64,000 nucleotides of DNA. Origin: Nitrosopumilus sp. GTDB taxonomy: Archaea > Thermoproteota > Nitrososphaeria > Nitrososphaerales > Nitrosopumilaceae. The stretch covers positions 576,001 through 640,000 of the forward strand of contig OZ240211.1 in NCBI GenBank assembly GCA_965197525.1, in the 5' to 3' direction. Positions within the stretch are counted from its first letter, which is position 1. Each line of letters starts with the position of its first letter. The notes under the pieces were generated by a model. The model did no database searches. It saw only the letters and a program-made list of their open reading frames with translations, and was not told the origin of the DNA. Positions 19,525 through 28,992 of the stretch are shown here, one piece after another. The position numbers and the translations under genes are program-made.

Positions 19525-20790
19525 TTAGAAAACAAATTTGAGGATTAGAAATATTGCCGCAAATACGGTTAGAAATACAATTCCCGAGATGCTCAGAATT
19601 TTTAGAAATTTAGATGGTTGATCGTCTTTTGGCAAACAAGTTCCCGTAACTAGTTTGAAATTAAAGATGGCAATGATTGGCGCTACAAGAAACGATAGAA
19701 CGGTTGCAAAATCAACTAGCTCTTTTAGATTATTGTGAAAATTAGATACGACTACAAAAGATCCGCTTGTAATAATAATTAAAAAGACGACATAGAGTAG
19801 TCTAAACTTGGAGTGTATTTTGAGTTCGTGACGAGAGAATAACAGTTCCACGGTTCGTTGCAATGACCTAGAATAACCATCAAGAACTGCAAGAATTGTC
19901 CCAAACATTATAGTAAATGCAGAAGCTGCAATGATTACATAGCTCCACTCACCGATAGTTGTAGTGTATAATGTAACTATTTTGTTTGCAAATAACGAGT
20001 TATTATTTGGCAACTCTTCACCTGAACCATAGAAGATAAAGGTGCCAAGGGTTACAAACATCGCAGCTAGTATCCCAGTTATTATGTATGATAGTTTAAA
20101 CTCGAACAGAGTCTCTCTGAGCTTTGGCATGTATTTGGTCTGTTTAATTCTCTCCAAGGTCCACAAACTATTCCAAGTAGAGAGATCGATTGCAGTAGGC
20201 ATCCAGCCCATCAACGCAAGCAGAAAGAACATGCCAGAAACAGTCCACAGATCAGCAGGTACAAAATCAGGTACCGGGTCTATAGGCCCATTATACAACG
20301 CAAACAATACTGCAGATGTTGTAGATACAACCAAAACGATGGCAATAACCTTGATAAGACTATCAAAGACTCGATATCTCCCAACTCCTAAAATTACAAC
20401 ACATACTGCAAACAAGACAATTAACGTGTATGCACCAAAGTGATCAAGATTAAATAGATTCTCAAAAAATCCTGCAGTAACAAACCCAACGGCGCCTGTA
20501 ACAAACAGCATGGTAGTTACAGTGATTAGAAAATATAGCCATAATGCAGGTTTGCCAAGTTTTTTGTAACCGTCAATCAAACTAGTTTGAGTAGAGTTAG
20601 CGTAACGAGATCCATATTCAAAGAAAGGATACTTGATCACTGTTACTAGAATTACAAATCCCAAAATTAGTAGGCCGTAATCAGCACCTGCTCTTGTGGA
20701 TTGTACTAGATGAGAGACACCTATAGCAGTACTTGCAAACAAGATACCGGGTCCTGCAGTCTTTGAAAACTGTGATAGCCTGGCATGCAT
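19525..20790 (-). CDS. NRAMP-family divalent metal transporter
   Basis: GPGILFASTAIGVSHLVQST, KYPFFEYG.RY; ~11 TM segments. Confidence 0.85.
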   Translation of the reverse strand: MHARLSQFSKTAGPGILFASTAIGVSHLVQSTRAGADYGLLILGFVILVTVIKYPFFEYGSRYANSTQTSLIDGYKKLGKPALWLYFLITVTTMLFVTGAVGFVTAGFFENLFNLDHFGAYTLIVLFAVCVVILGVGRYRVFDSLIKVIAIVLVVSTTSAVLFALYNGPIDPVPDFVPADLWTVSGMFFLLALMGWMPTAIDLSTWNSLWTLERIKQTKYMPKLRETLFEFKLSYIITGILAAMFVTLGTFIFYGSGEELPNNNSLFANKIVTLYTTTIGEWSYVIIAASAFTIMFGTILAVLDGYSRSLQRTVELLFSRHELKIHSKFRLLYVVFLIIITSGSFVVVSNFHNNLKELVDFATVLSFLVAPIIAIFNFKLVTGTCLPKDDQPSKFLKILSISGIVFLTVFAAIFLILKFVF

Positions 20791-20873
20791 TATATGATTA
20801 TGCTAAAAACACGATATAATTGAGTAACGCAGGCCAAGATTAGATTTAATAGTCATATATTTTATAGAAATTC

Positions 20874-21182
20874 ATGCTGTTTGGAATATTTGCAACACAC
20901 AGTCCAGAATCATGTCCAATGCACAATAAGACAAGTCAAAAAATATTCGTAGAGTTAAAAGACAAGATAGACCTAGAGATGAAAAAATACAACATTACAA
21001 AAGTCGTTGATTTTTACATGTCAGTTCTAGAACACGATTGGATAATAATTGTTGATGCAGTGCATGCCCACGAAGTAGAACAATTGTGTATAGGTATAGG
21101 AATTGGATCTATGAGCACAATCAAGATTGTTCCAATGAACTTGTATGAAACTGCAAGGAAAAAGATGGTCGAAAAAAAATAG
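20874..21182 (+). CDS. Small conserved hypothetical protein
   Basis: THSPESCP...EH....IVDA pattern. Confidence 0.6.
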   Translation: MLFGIFATHSPESCPMHNKTSQKIFVELKDKIDLEMKKYNITKVVDFYMSVLEHDWIIIVDAVHAHEVEQLCIGIGIGSMSTIKIVPMNLYETARKKMVEKK

Positions 21183-21189
21183 AAACAGG

Positions 21190-21765
21190 TTATGATTCGT
21201 TATATCTAAAGCAATCGACTGTATGATCGTTTACCATCCCTATTGCTTGCATAAGGGCATAACAGATTATTGGGCCTACAAAGGTAAATCCACGTTTTTT
21301 GAGATCGTGGCTTAATTTTATAGAAATGTCGTTTGTTGCAGGTATATCAGACGCGTTACGGAACTTGTGTTTAATAGGTACATGATTAACAAACCCCCAA
21401 AGATAGTTATCAAAAGATCCAAATTGAGTTTGAATTTTGAGGAACTGTTGTGCATTATTAACTGCAGAGTTGATCTTTAGTTTATTATGAATAATACCGT
21501 TATCGTCTTTGAGGAGTTTTTGTACACGTTTTTGAGAGTATTTTGAGACTTTATTTACGTCAAAATCAGCAAATGCTTTTCGATAGGCAGATCTGCGTTT
21601 GAGAATTGTAGTCCATGATAGACCTGCTTGGGCCCCCTCTAATATTAAAAACTCGAATAGTATTTTATCCTCATGCTTTGGTACACCCCACTCTTTGTCA
21701 TGATAAGCGATGCTTGGTTCATCTTTTGCCCAAGAGCATCTCTCCTTCATAGTTGGGTTTATCAA
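21190..21765 (-). CDS. tag: DNA-3-methyladenine glycosylase I
   Basis: RCSWA...YHDKEWG, FEFLILEGAQAGLSW, VNDHTVDC. Confidence 0.95.
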   Translation of the reverse strand: MINPTMKERCSWAKDEPSIAYHDKEWGVPKHEDKILFEFLILEGAQAGLSWTTILKRRSAYRKAFADFDVNKVSKYSQKRVQKLLKDDNGIIHNKLKINSAVNNAQQFLKIQTQFGSFDNYLWGFVNHVPIKHKFRNASDIPATNDISIKLSHDLKKRGFTFVGPIICYALMQAIGMVNDHTVDCFRYNES

Positions 21766-21792
21766 ATGGTGTAAAATATTAGTTGCTGGGCC

Positions 21793-22218
21793 ATGAGATT
21801 AAACTCACAATTACTAAAAATTAATAGAAATTTCATAATATGTTTTATTGCATCAGCTATACCAACTACAATAGCAGCTCACCTGTTAGGCGAATACGAG
21901 AACTATCTTAATACAACTATCACAATAGGTATCGGATATGCTAGTTTTTTTGGCACCTTTGCGTTATTATTTTATTTTGACAACAAAGAACGCTACAAAG
22001 AAATGGGCTTAAGACTAATTAAAAAAGAGCTACTAGTTTTAATCTCATCATTGGGTACAGGCGAGATAATTTATCTTGTAATACGATGGCCGACAATGTA
22101 CTATTTTCTTGAGATTGGAGTAGAAGCATATTTAGCATCATTGTTATCTGAGATAATAGCAACAGCATGTTATATGATAGCAGTTACCACGATATTGAAA
22201 ACCACGAAAACATTCTAG
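21793..22218 (+). CDS. Membrane protein
   Basis: Four hydrophobic segments. Confidence 0.65.
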   Translation: MRLNSQLLKINRNFIICFIASAIPTTIAAHLLGEYENYLNTTITIGIGYASFFGTFALLFYFDNKERYKEMGLRLIKKELLVLISSLGTGEIIYLVIRWPTMYYFLEIGVEAYLASLLSEIIATACYMIAVTTILKTTKTF

Positions 22219-22289
22219 ATAATAGACAGGTTTTGAATACATGCAGACACAGAGTCAGATAATATAATTGGTAAATCAGGAAAAAGATA

Positions 22290-22463
22290 CTATTGTATAA
22301 ACTCGGTTAGTCCACACTTTCCACAGGTATGTCTATCTTTATGTTGGGACATAAATATACCTCGTCCACATCGTGAACAATTTTTTTTGAGTCTAGAGAT
22401 TTTATCGTTATCAATTTTAAAATATTTGTAGACACTAGGACTAGAGCCTTTCTTACCCGTCAT
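22290..22463 (-). CDS. rps27ae: 30S ribosomal protein S27ae (C-terminus altered by an apparent +1/-1 frameshift pair)
   Basis: [57 protein letters not shown]; directly downstream of rps24e. Confidence 0.9.
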   Translation of the reverse strand: MTGKKGSSPSVYKYFKIDNDKISRLKKNCSRCGRGIFMSQHKDRHTCGKCGLTEFIQ

Positions 22464-22465
22464 TA

Positions 22466-22903
22466 TTATGAACCATCCTCTGGTTTTGATGTTTTATCTT
22501 TTGCAGTGTCAGCGTTATCTTTTGCAGTGTCAGTAGCACTATCTTTTGCAGTGTCAGCACTAGCAGCGTCACTAGCATCAGCGTCAGCAGATGCTTTTTC
22601 TTCTTCTGCCATATTTGCTTTTATCTTGTCGAGTCGTGAGAATATTGTAGGATTGACATGTTTTTTAGCCAAATTTTCATCATCATAGACATAAAATGTA
22701 CCTGTAACAAGAGATTTACCAACATGTGTTTTTAACTTCATCGAGATTACAATCTTGTCATCTAGATTGAATTGTTTTTTAATCATGTCTACTGCCTGTA
22801 GGGTCTTGAGCTTGCCAGCAAGTCCAGCAAAGTTGCATGTAAGTTCTCGTCTAGATAGAAAACTATTATCAACGTCCGCAACAGTCTCAATTATAGCAGT
22901 CAT
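22466..22903 (-). CDS. rps24e: 30S ribosomal protein S24e with acidic Ala/Asp repeat tail
   Basis: [22 protein letters not shown]; start probably MTAIIE at 22903; tail contains ADTAKD-like repeats (~22495-22590). Confidence 0.9.
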   Translation of the reverse strand: MTAIIETVADVDNSFLSRRELTCNFAGLAGKLKTLQAVDMIKKQFNLDDKIVISMKLKTHVGKSLVTGTFYVYDDENLAKKHVNPTIFSRLDKIKANMAEEEKASADADASDAASADTAKDSATDTAKDNADTAKDKTSKPEDGS

Positions 22904-23020
22904 GTAATCGAAACTCTCTATATATTTCATATAAACCTTGATTGAGTAGGTTCTGTGAAGTTATCGGGAGTTATATGTCAATTCCTAAAATGTATAAACC
23001 TCTAAACCGTAAGATATTCG

Positions 23021-24223
23021 TTGAAAGCGATAAAGTCAATATCACAGAAATATACGCCAAACTCTGATCTAATGGATATGATGAGTACATTCACAAAGAT
23101 GGTCAATCATTGCATCAAGATAGGGTTGAAAGAAGACACTCACAATATGAAGAGGTTGTCCATGTTATGTTATCATGAATTACGTAATTATGACATCCTG
23201 TCTTCATACAAACTAAATGCAATATCACGAGCTGCAGGCATGTTATCAAACAGAAAACAATCAATCAAACGAGGTGTCAGAATAAGAGATCTAATAGTCA
23301 AAAATCCCTTTATGACAAACTGTTACGGCATAAAACACAACGGTGCACTACTAACAATCCCATACAAGAGACATAACCCAATCAACATTTTACTCAACGA
23401 TCACACCCAAAAAATCCTATCTGATCCCGCCTTGACGGTGCGCTCGTTTTCATTGACTGCTCTGAACATCAGTCTTTGTGTTTCAAAAACAGTGCAAGAG
23501 ATCGAGTGCACCAAGAAAGTGGGAATAGACAGAAACCTAAGAAATGTGACGTGTGGGAATGAGAAAATGGTAACATTCTACAAGACAAACAAGTTACTGT
23601 CAATCAAAGAGAACACAATACATGCAAGAGCAGGATTCCACAGAAATGATCGCAGAAAGAAAGGTCAATTCTGGAAACAAAGACAGAGACGAATGAGCAA
23701 TAGAACAAAGCAGTACATCCACAGAATCTCAAAACATATTATTGACAATGCAGTCAAAAACAAGACTGCAATCGTCATGGAAAACCTGAAAGGAATAAGA
23801 AAACTGTACCGAAAAGGAAACAGTCAAGGTAACAAGTACAGACGTAGATTGAACGGGTGGCAATTCTACGAGTTACAACGCCAAATAGAATACAAAGCCC
23901 AATGGGTCGGGCTACCTCCAGTCGAATTTGTAGATCCAAAACGCACGAGCACGCAGTGTCCGCAATGCGGAAAGAAACTCCAAGAGGACATGCAACAACA
24001 TCGTAAAATGTCGTGCAATAATTGCGGTTTGTTTATGGACAGAGATATTATCGCTGCCATGAACATATCACGCAAACTGCCTCCTAGGTTTAGGGGTAGT
24101 AGAGATGACATATATGAAGCGCAGTCTGGCACTTTTGAGCCGGCGATGACGGAACCTAGCACACCATTGGTAATCCGAATAGTCGATATGTCAAAGTCAA
24201 GTTTAGGGGTTAACTCCCGATAA
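23021..24223 (+). CDS. tnpB: TnpB RNA-guided endonuclease (intact)
   Basis: VGIDRNL (RuvC-I), IVMENL (RuvC-II), TSTQCPQCG..CNNCG..DRDIIAAMNI (Zn finger, RuvC-III); TTG start; stop codon lies within the right TIR. Confidence 0.95.
   Translation: MKAIKSISQKYTPNSDLMDMMSTFTKMVNHCIKIGLKEDTHNMKRLSMLCYHELRNYDILSSYKLNAISRAAGMLSNRKQSIKRGVRIRDLIVKNPFMTNCYGIKHNGALLTIPYKRHNPINILLNDHTQKILSDPALTVRSFSLTALNISLCVSKTVQEIECTKKVGIDRNLRNVTCGNEKMVTFYKTNKLLSIKENTIHARAGFHRNDRRKKGQFWKQRQRRMSNRTKQYIHRISKHIIDNAVKNKTAIVMENLKGIRKLYRKGNSQGNKYRRRLNGWQFYELQRQIEYKAQWVGLPPVEFVDPKRTSTQCPQCGKKLQEDMQQHRKMSCNNCGLFMDRDIIAAMNISRKLPPRFRGSRDDIYEAQSGTFEPAMTEPSTPLVIRIVDMSKSSLGVNSR
24060..24222 (+). ncRNA. Putative TnpB omegaRNA (scaffold plus guide) overlapping the tnpB 3' end
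   Basis: Hairpins CTGCCTCCTAGGTTTAGGGGTAG and CTGGCACTTTTGAGCCGG covary with copies 2/3; boundaries approximate. Confidence 0.6.
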
Positions 24224-24236
24224 CTTCACAGAACCC

Positions 24237-24797
24237 ATGGAACGATACATGATCCACTTGAAGAATACAGGATTTGCACCTGAAAATGCTCGTGAGATAG
24301 TATACAAAGCTCGAGAACTAGCAGTAGATATGAATGCATCTGTAAGAATTGCCAGAGTTGCAAAAAAATTCGTAGAGCTTGATGTTGCAATAGAAAAAGA
24401 AGATCTCGATGAATTAGTTGCCAGATTTGCACCAATTGGCCCAATTGATAATGTCAGACACGTAATAGAAGAAGAGATCGACAAAGAACAAGGAATTCAA
24501 GATGGAATATTTTATTTTAACAGTGAGCGATTCTGGGAGAGTCATGAAGCGTTTGAGGGAGTATGGAAACAATGTTTTGGACGAGAGAAGGAACTGGTAC
24601 AAGGAATTATCTTGATGGCAGTGGCGTTTGCGCATGCACAAAAAAACGATGTCCCCATTGGAATAGGAATGCTTCGGAGAGTTTTAGAGAAACTAAATGA
24701 TTCTCCATCAATGTATCACCGCATTGATATAGACAGAATGAGAGATAAAGCACTGAATATGCAAAAGACAAACAGTTTGGCTATATTTGAGATTTAA
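24237..24797 (+). CDS. DUF309 domain protein
   Basis: GIFYFNSERFWESHEAFEGVW...QGIILMAVAFAH. Confidence 0.85.
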   Translation: MERYMIHLKNTGFAPENAREIVYKARELAVDMNASVRIARVAKKFVELDVAIEKEDLDELVARFAPIGPIDNVRHVIEEEIDKEQGIQDGIFYFNSERFWESHEAFEGVWKQCFGREKELVQGIILMAVAFAHAQKNDVPIGIGMLRRVLEKLNDSPSMYHRIDIDRMRDKALNMQKTNSLAIFEI

Positions 24798-26079
24798 TCA
24801 ACTCAATGGCAGTAGGAACTACCTGAGCACCTTCAAGCATACCGATACTTCCTTGTTTTGCCTGCTTTTCAGTCATTCTTGTAGTTCCATCATTTTTAAT
24901 AAAATCAGCAGAGATCAAAACTGGGACAGGATCATCGCTATGTCCTTTGTTAATACACGGTGTAGAGTGATCAGCTGATATAACAATTGCAACCTTGCTA
25001 GTATCAATACTCTCAACAAGAGGTTTAAAGAATCGCCTATCGATCTCCTCAATATTCTTCATTTTGCCTATAGCATCTCCATCATGGCCAAACTCATCTG
25101 GTCCTTTAAGATGAACATAAATCGAGTTCTGTGTTTGCATTGCCTCTGCAGCAACTCGTGCTTTCTCTTCATAATCAGTCAACCCACCTGCCTCAAATGC
25201 TTTCATCTCTAAGACTTTTGAGATTCCAATCTCAACTGGCATATCAACAATACAGGAAAAACGCATGTTGTATTTTGTATTAATTGGAACAACATCAGGA
25301 TAGTGATTGCCAGCATCTCTTAACAGGATACAGCTGAGTTGCTTTTGGTTATCTGCCCTTCGTTTTTCATTAACTGGGCTGTTTTTCATGATACTCTGGG
25401 ATTTTTCGGATAACTCATTAACCAGATCAGCTGTAAGCTTTGATATTTCAGTACCGTCTAGAGGCAGACATTTTTCAATCTTTAAGAAATCACCTACTGC
25501 TTTTGCAACACCCATTCCTCCAATATTGCTATATGCAGGATCGGTGTTTGTAATCTTAGAAGACAGATCAGTATCGGCAGTTCTAATTCTAACTGTTACC
25601 CTATGATCAATAGTTGGTGCAATTACAACTGATGTGCCAGGAACGGACATCACAATATTTTCCTCGATCTCTTTTGCAATTGCCATAGCATCTGTTTTTT
25701 CAACATGCCGTCCTGCTCGCCTATCAACAATTATACCATCATCATCCAGTGTTGAATAATTTCCTCTTAATGCCAAATCGCCATCATTAAAATCAATTCC
25801 GATACCTATGGCCTCAATAACACCACGTCCAGAGTACTGAGCGTGATTAAATTTGTAACCTAGCATATTAAACACTGCGATATCAGATTCTGGCGCTATC
25901 CCCTTTCCAACTGATATCACTTCTCCAATAACACCATTGTGTGCAATTTTGTCTAATATCGGTGTCTTGGCAGCCTCTAATGGGGTTTTTCCATCTAAGT
26001 CAGGATGAGGAAGATCGCCTACGCCATCTAAAAGAACGTAAATCATGCGAATATCAGAACTCTCCAAGATATACCCCAT
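24781..26079 (-). CDS. apgM: Cofactor-independent phosphoglycerate mutase, archaeal type
   Basis: LLDGVGD, TPLEAAKTP, PESD, HLKGPDEFGHDG, SADHSTP; true start may be slightly downstream. Confidence 0.92.
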   Translation of the reverse strand: MGYILESSDIRMIYVLLDGVGDLPHPDLDGKTPLEAAKTPILDKIAHNGVIGEVISVGKGIAPESDIAVFNMLGYKFNHAQYSGRGVIEAIGIGIDFNDGDLALRGNYSTLDDDGIIVDRRAGRHVEKTDAMAIAKEIEENIVMSVPGTSVVIAPTIDHRVTVRIRTADTDLSSKITNTDPAYSNIGGMGVAKAVGDFLKIEKCLPLDGTEISKLTADLVNELSEKSQSIMKNSPVNEKRRADNQKQLSCILLRDAGNHYPDVVPINTKYNMRFSCIVDMPVEIGISKVLEMKAFEAGGLTDYEEKARVAAEAMQTQNSIYVHLKGPDEFGHDGDAIGKMKNIEEIDRRFFKPLVESIDTSKVAIVISADHSTPCINKGHSDDPVPVLISADFIKNDGTTRMTEKQAKQGSIGMLEGAQVVPTAIELIKSQI

Positions 26080-26299
26080 TTACCAGATAGGACTCTCTCC
26101 TTTAAATCTTGCAACAAAATACGTGTAACAGTTAAACACAACAATTCAAATGATGAAAAGTCATCGACTAAAAAAATATGTTTTCTACAAATCCGAATTG
26201 CATAATATTTGTAGAACCTTTTTGCGTTTATTTCCAAATTTTCTTATTTTGAAGATTTCCGTAAACGTTTTAACAGAGATGAATGGTAAATCAACCATT

Positions 26300-27313
26300 A
26301 TGGGAGATATGCGTAAAGACTACATCTCTGAACGTTTCATGATTGTTTCAAAAAAATACAAAGCTGTGAATTCGAAAAAATCACCCTTTGCGCCAGGAAA
26401 TGAATCTATGACAAATCCGTCTATACTATCGCTTGTTGAAAAAAATGGCATGCTGCAACGTCTTCAAGATAACGAAGATTCCTTTGTAAAAGATTGGGTA
26501 ATCAGGGTTTTTGAAAGTAAAAACCCTATTGTATCTGTAGACGTTGAAAACAATTACAGTGATAAACCATTTTACAGCGAACCTACATACGGATACCATT
26601 ACATCATCGTTGCATCACCTAATGAGAAAGACACGTTTGCAACAATCGATACAGAACAATGGTCAAACGTTCTAGTTGTAGTGCAGGATAGATTAAGATG
26701 GTTATACACACAAAAAGGAGTAACGTATGTCGCAATTTATGGGGATTATGGAGAGTTGACAGGTAACTCTAATTCACATCCACATCTCAATCTTTTGACA
26801 TTCTCTACGATTCCACCAGTAATTGATACTGAAGCTGACGCGTTTCACAGAATTTCAAATGAGAGAGGCATATGCCCCATGTGTCAGACTATAAGTGAGG
26901 AGATGTCAGGCCCTAGACAAATTCTTCAAACGGAAGGATTTGTTGCATTCTGCCCTTGGGCACCAACATATCCCTATGAATTTTGGATCACGCCGAAAAA
27001 ACACACGACAAGTTTTGCAAAGATTACCCAAAAAGACATCAACGATCTGTCATTGATTTTAAGAGCAACGTTAGGTGGTTTGACAAAAATTCTCAAAAAT
27101 GTATCATATACAATGGTATTTCACCTATCTCCCGAAAAAAAGAATAGTAGACAGATTCACTGGCATATTGAGATATATCCAATTATGAAGCCATGGTCGG
27201 GACTTGAACGGGGTTATGGCATATTCCTAAATGATGTATCACCGGAGAAATCTGCTGAGGAGCTTGGGACAGCTTGTAGGAAAGAGCTAGCTCATCTAGT
27301 TGGAATAGATTAA
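26300..27313 (+). CDS. Galactose-1-phosphate uridylyltransferase-like (HIT family) protein
   Basis: RKDYISER, SNSHPHLN, CPMC, FCPWAPTYPYE, HWHIEIYP; start chosen at MGDMRKD. Confidence 0.85.
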   Translation: MGDMRKDYISERFMIVSKKYKAVNSKKSPFAPGNESMTNPSILSLVEKNGMLQRLQDNEDSFVKDWVIRVFESKNPIVSVDVENNYSDKPFYSEPTYGYHYIIVASPNEKDTFATIDTEQWSNVLVVVQDRLRWLYTQKGVTYVAIYGDYGELTGNSNSHPHLNLLTFSTIPPVIDTEADAFHRISNERGICPMCQTISEEMSGPRQILQTEGFVAFCPWAPTYPYEFWITPKKHTTSFAKITQKDINDLSLILRATLGGLTKILKNVSYTMVFHLSPEKKNSRQIHWHIEIYPIMKPWSGLERGYGIFLNDVSPEKSAEELGTACRKELAHLVGID

Positions 27314-27482
27314 GTCACAAAATTGCATCACGCATAATAATAATGCATTTTTTATCAAGTTTTCTGTTGCTTATTAGAATTAAAAGACAAGATAAATTTA
27401 CATAAACAAGTCACATATTTTTTATATAATTATGAATTTTTTTAATAACAAGTTTTATAGATAAACATACGCAGTAGTAAAT

Positions 27483-27914
27483 ATGGCAACATATAGCAGA
27501 ATCTTCAATGACGCTAAAAAATTTGAAAAGAAGGTAGGACTTGATCTCAAAGTGTTCAACTACCTGTACAATCTAGTTGAGACAGAATATGAACACCAAA
27601 CAAAGTTAAAGAAAGCAAAGAAGAAGAAGAATGTTGCAAATGCAGGAGGGCGTAAATACAGCCTACAACTAAAAAACAGACTACTGATGTTACTGTTGCG
27701 CTATGAAACAAATGTTACTTACAACAAATTAGCATCACAGTTCGGTCTGAACCAATCAAATGCGTATAGAAATATCAAAAGCTTAGAACCAATACTGAAA
27801 AAATGTGTTAACAACAACCCCAAAAACTCAAGCAGACGAATCAAGACTGTTAGAAAGTATCTCATAAATAATCTTCCTGCAACACGCAGTGTAATCACAG
27901 AGAAGCGTAGATAG
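27483..27914 (+). pseudogene. HTH-only remnant of an IS5/ISL2-like DDE transposase
   Basis: GGRKYSLQLKNRLLMLLL.....TY..LA..FGLNQSNAYRNI matches the HTH_Tnp_4 pattern; no DDE domain follows. Confidence 0.7.
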
Positions 27915-28456
27915 ACAACACTCAAAGTAGAATACAAAACTATATTTTCCTAACAATATTCCCGATTAAACACGATTATTATTTGATATAGGAAATAACA
28001 GAAAAGATGAGAATAGAAAATGCATAGTGTTAATAGTAAATCAGCGCGCAATTCAAGATAAGATAACACGTTACAGCATCAAGGCCATCTAGCAGTATCT
28101 AATTTTATGGCATCTATAGTTTAGATTACTCACAAAGCAATCTAAAGACTAGTAGTAAAAAACTACATGATTGTGTAAAACATTCATGTTAGAATCTTAA
28201 TAGATTATACACTTTAAGAAGAAAAACATCATAACAATTATCAAATCAGACAACAAATGAATAATGATGATGATAAGAATAATGCGCAGCATTAAAAATA
28301 CTACACTAGATCAAAGTAAATGAAATGATACGCTAAAATAGCACAACTGCATAATAGCATATAACTAATATTATTAAAAACCAAAATGAATTTAAAAATA
28401 ATGAAAAAACAACAAACGCATAAAATTATTTCTAAATGCAAGAAATCACTTGAGTT

Positions 28457-28652
28457 TAATTAGGTGTATCTAATTAGGTGTATCTAATTAGGTGTATCTA
28501 ATTAGGTGTATCTAATTAGGTGTATCTAATTAGGTGTATCTAATTAGGTATGTCTAATTAGGTGTATCTAATTAGGTATGTCTAATTAGGTGTATCTAAT
28601 TAGGTATGTCTAATTAGGTGTATCTAATTAGGTATGTCTAATTAGTCGCATC
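28457..28652. repeat. Non-coding 14-bp tandem array (13 units plus 1 degenerate)
   Basis: Unit A TAATTAGGTGTATC and unit B TAATTAGGTATGTC in order AAAAAABABABAB; each junction makes the palindrome CTAATTAG. Confidence 0.95.
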
Positions 28653-28695
28653 TAATTTTAGGATCATTTATTAGCACAAAATAGTAACAATACAC

Positions 28696-28992
28696 ATGAA
28701 CTTATGGAATAAATTTTGGCATTGGTATGAAAACAAAATACTTGGCAGCATAGTAATAATTGCAGTAATTCAGTTCATTCAGGTTCCACACATGGTATGG
28801 AATGCCGATATAATGCTAGAGGCAGGAATTGTGTCAAGAGTACACCCAATACTTGATTGGTTTTTGTATGGAGTTGATTTGATTGAGATTGTCTCGATTG
28901 TTAATGTTGGAATGATCATGTTTAGTCTCATCAAACAAAGATCAGAGAAAAAGAAGAAATATGTAGATGCTACAACAAAGCAAAGTGCATAG
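28696..28992 (+). CDS. Small membrane protein
   Basis: QVPHMVW...DWFLYGVDLIEI; two TM segments. Confidence 0.7.
   Translation: MNLWNKFWHWYENKILGSIVIIAVIQFIQVPHMVWNADIMLEAGIVSRVHPILDWFLYGVDLIEIVSIVNVGMIMFSLIKQRSEKKKKYVDATTKQSA

Larger units (their letters stand above)
22949..24235 (+). mobile_element. Non-autonomous IS6-type TIR element carrying tnpB (copy 1, 1287 bp)
   Basis: Perfect 25-bp TIR GGTTCTGTGAAGTTATCGGGAGTTA at 22949-22973 and 24211-24235; only gene is tnpB; no TSD. Confidence 0.88.

Noticed and set aside
22949-24235. Canonical IS605/IS607 (tnpA+tnpB) or IS1341 element
   Set aside because: No tnpA or room for one; the ends are TIRs rather than subterminal hairpins.
28457-28652. 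CRISPR array
   Set aside because: Units abut with no unique spacers, the unit is only 14 bp, and no cas genes are present.
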